A stretch of 64,000 nt of DNA from Octopus vulgaris (lineage: Eukaryota): the NCBI GenBank assembly GCA_951406725.2, contig OX597822.1:90768001-90832000 (forward strand). Direction: 5' to 3'. This document shows, in pieces, positions 63,649 to 64,000 of the stretch. The notes under the pieces were generated by a model. It was given only the letters and a program-made list of their open reading frames with translations. It did not search any database and had not been told where the DNA came from. The translations under genes and the position numbers were made by a program. The first letter of the stretch is position 1; the number at the start of each line of letters is the position of its first letter.

Positions 63649-64000
63649 ATATATATATATAACGGGAAGCTTTATGAAAATAGACAAAAGACGAAGGCAG
63701 GTTTACGGAAATAAACAAAAGACAAAGGCAGGTGGAATACAAACAAACAATTGTATTAGTATGGCGCTCAGGAAATATAAATAAAACAAGTCTTTAACGT
63801 TTCGAGCCTACGCTCTTCAACAGAAAGATACACAGAGAAGAAACACAGAAAGGAGAGAAAAAAAATGCGTGCAGAGGCTAGCGAATCAACACGGCGATCT
63901 GATTTGGCCAGAAGTCAAAGATCAAACGTGAGACGCAAGAGCGAAATTAGGGGAGATAATAGGGTTAAATGACCTCGCTCCAACATAAGAGTGTGTATAT

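Overview
AT-rich, microsatellite- and transposon-dense eukaryotic DNA. The SINE/RTE repeat families and (TA)n richness point to an octopus (cephalopod) genome; this is an inference. Two host genes sit head-to-head around an ETS-motif-rich promoter at about 21.9-22.5 kb: TRNT1 (CCA-adding enzyme, minus strand, whole CDS in one exon at 12982-14334) and a GOLGA4/golgin-245 orthologue (plus strand, four in-frame exons found, continuing past the window). The rest is largely mobile DNA: RTE and CR1 LINEs, tRNA-derived SINEs, Ty3/Gypsy LTR remnants, Tc1/mariner, pogo MITE, hAT and two Chapaev3 transposons, and several Penelope-like element (PLE) remnants. The most striking signal, invisible in the ORF track, is a dense set of about 16 type I hammerhead-ribozyme motifs from several sequence families. 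They include canonical CUGANGA cores, U3-A8 compensatory variants and a CUGUNGA variant family. They sit in short PLE-terminal/retrozyme-like units; one unit has a 10-bp target-site duplication, and two motifs lie back-to-back in a ~420-bp near-perfect palindrome. All folds were read by eye and no cleavage activity is shown.
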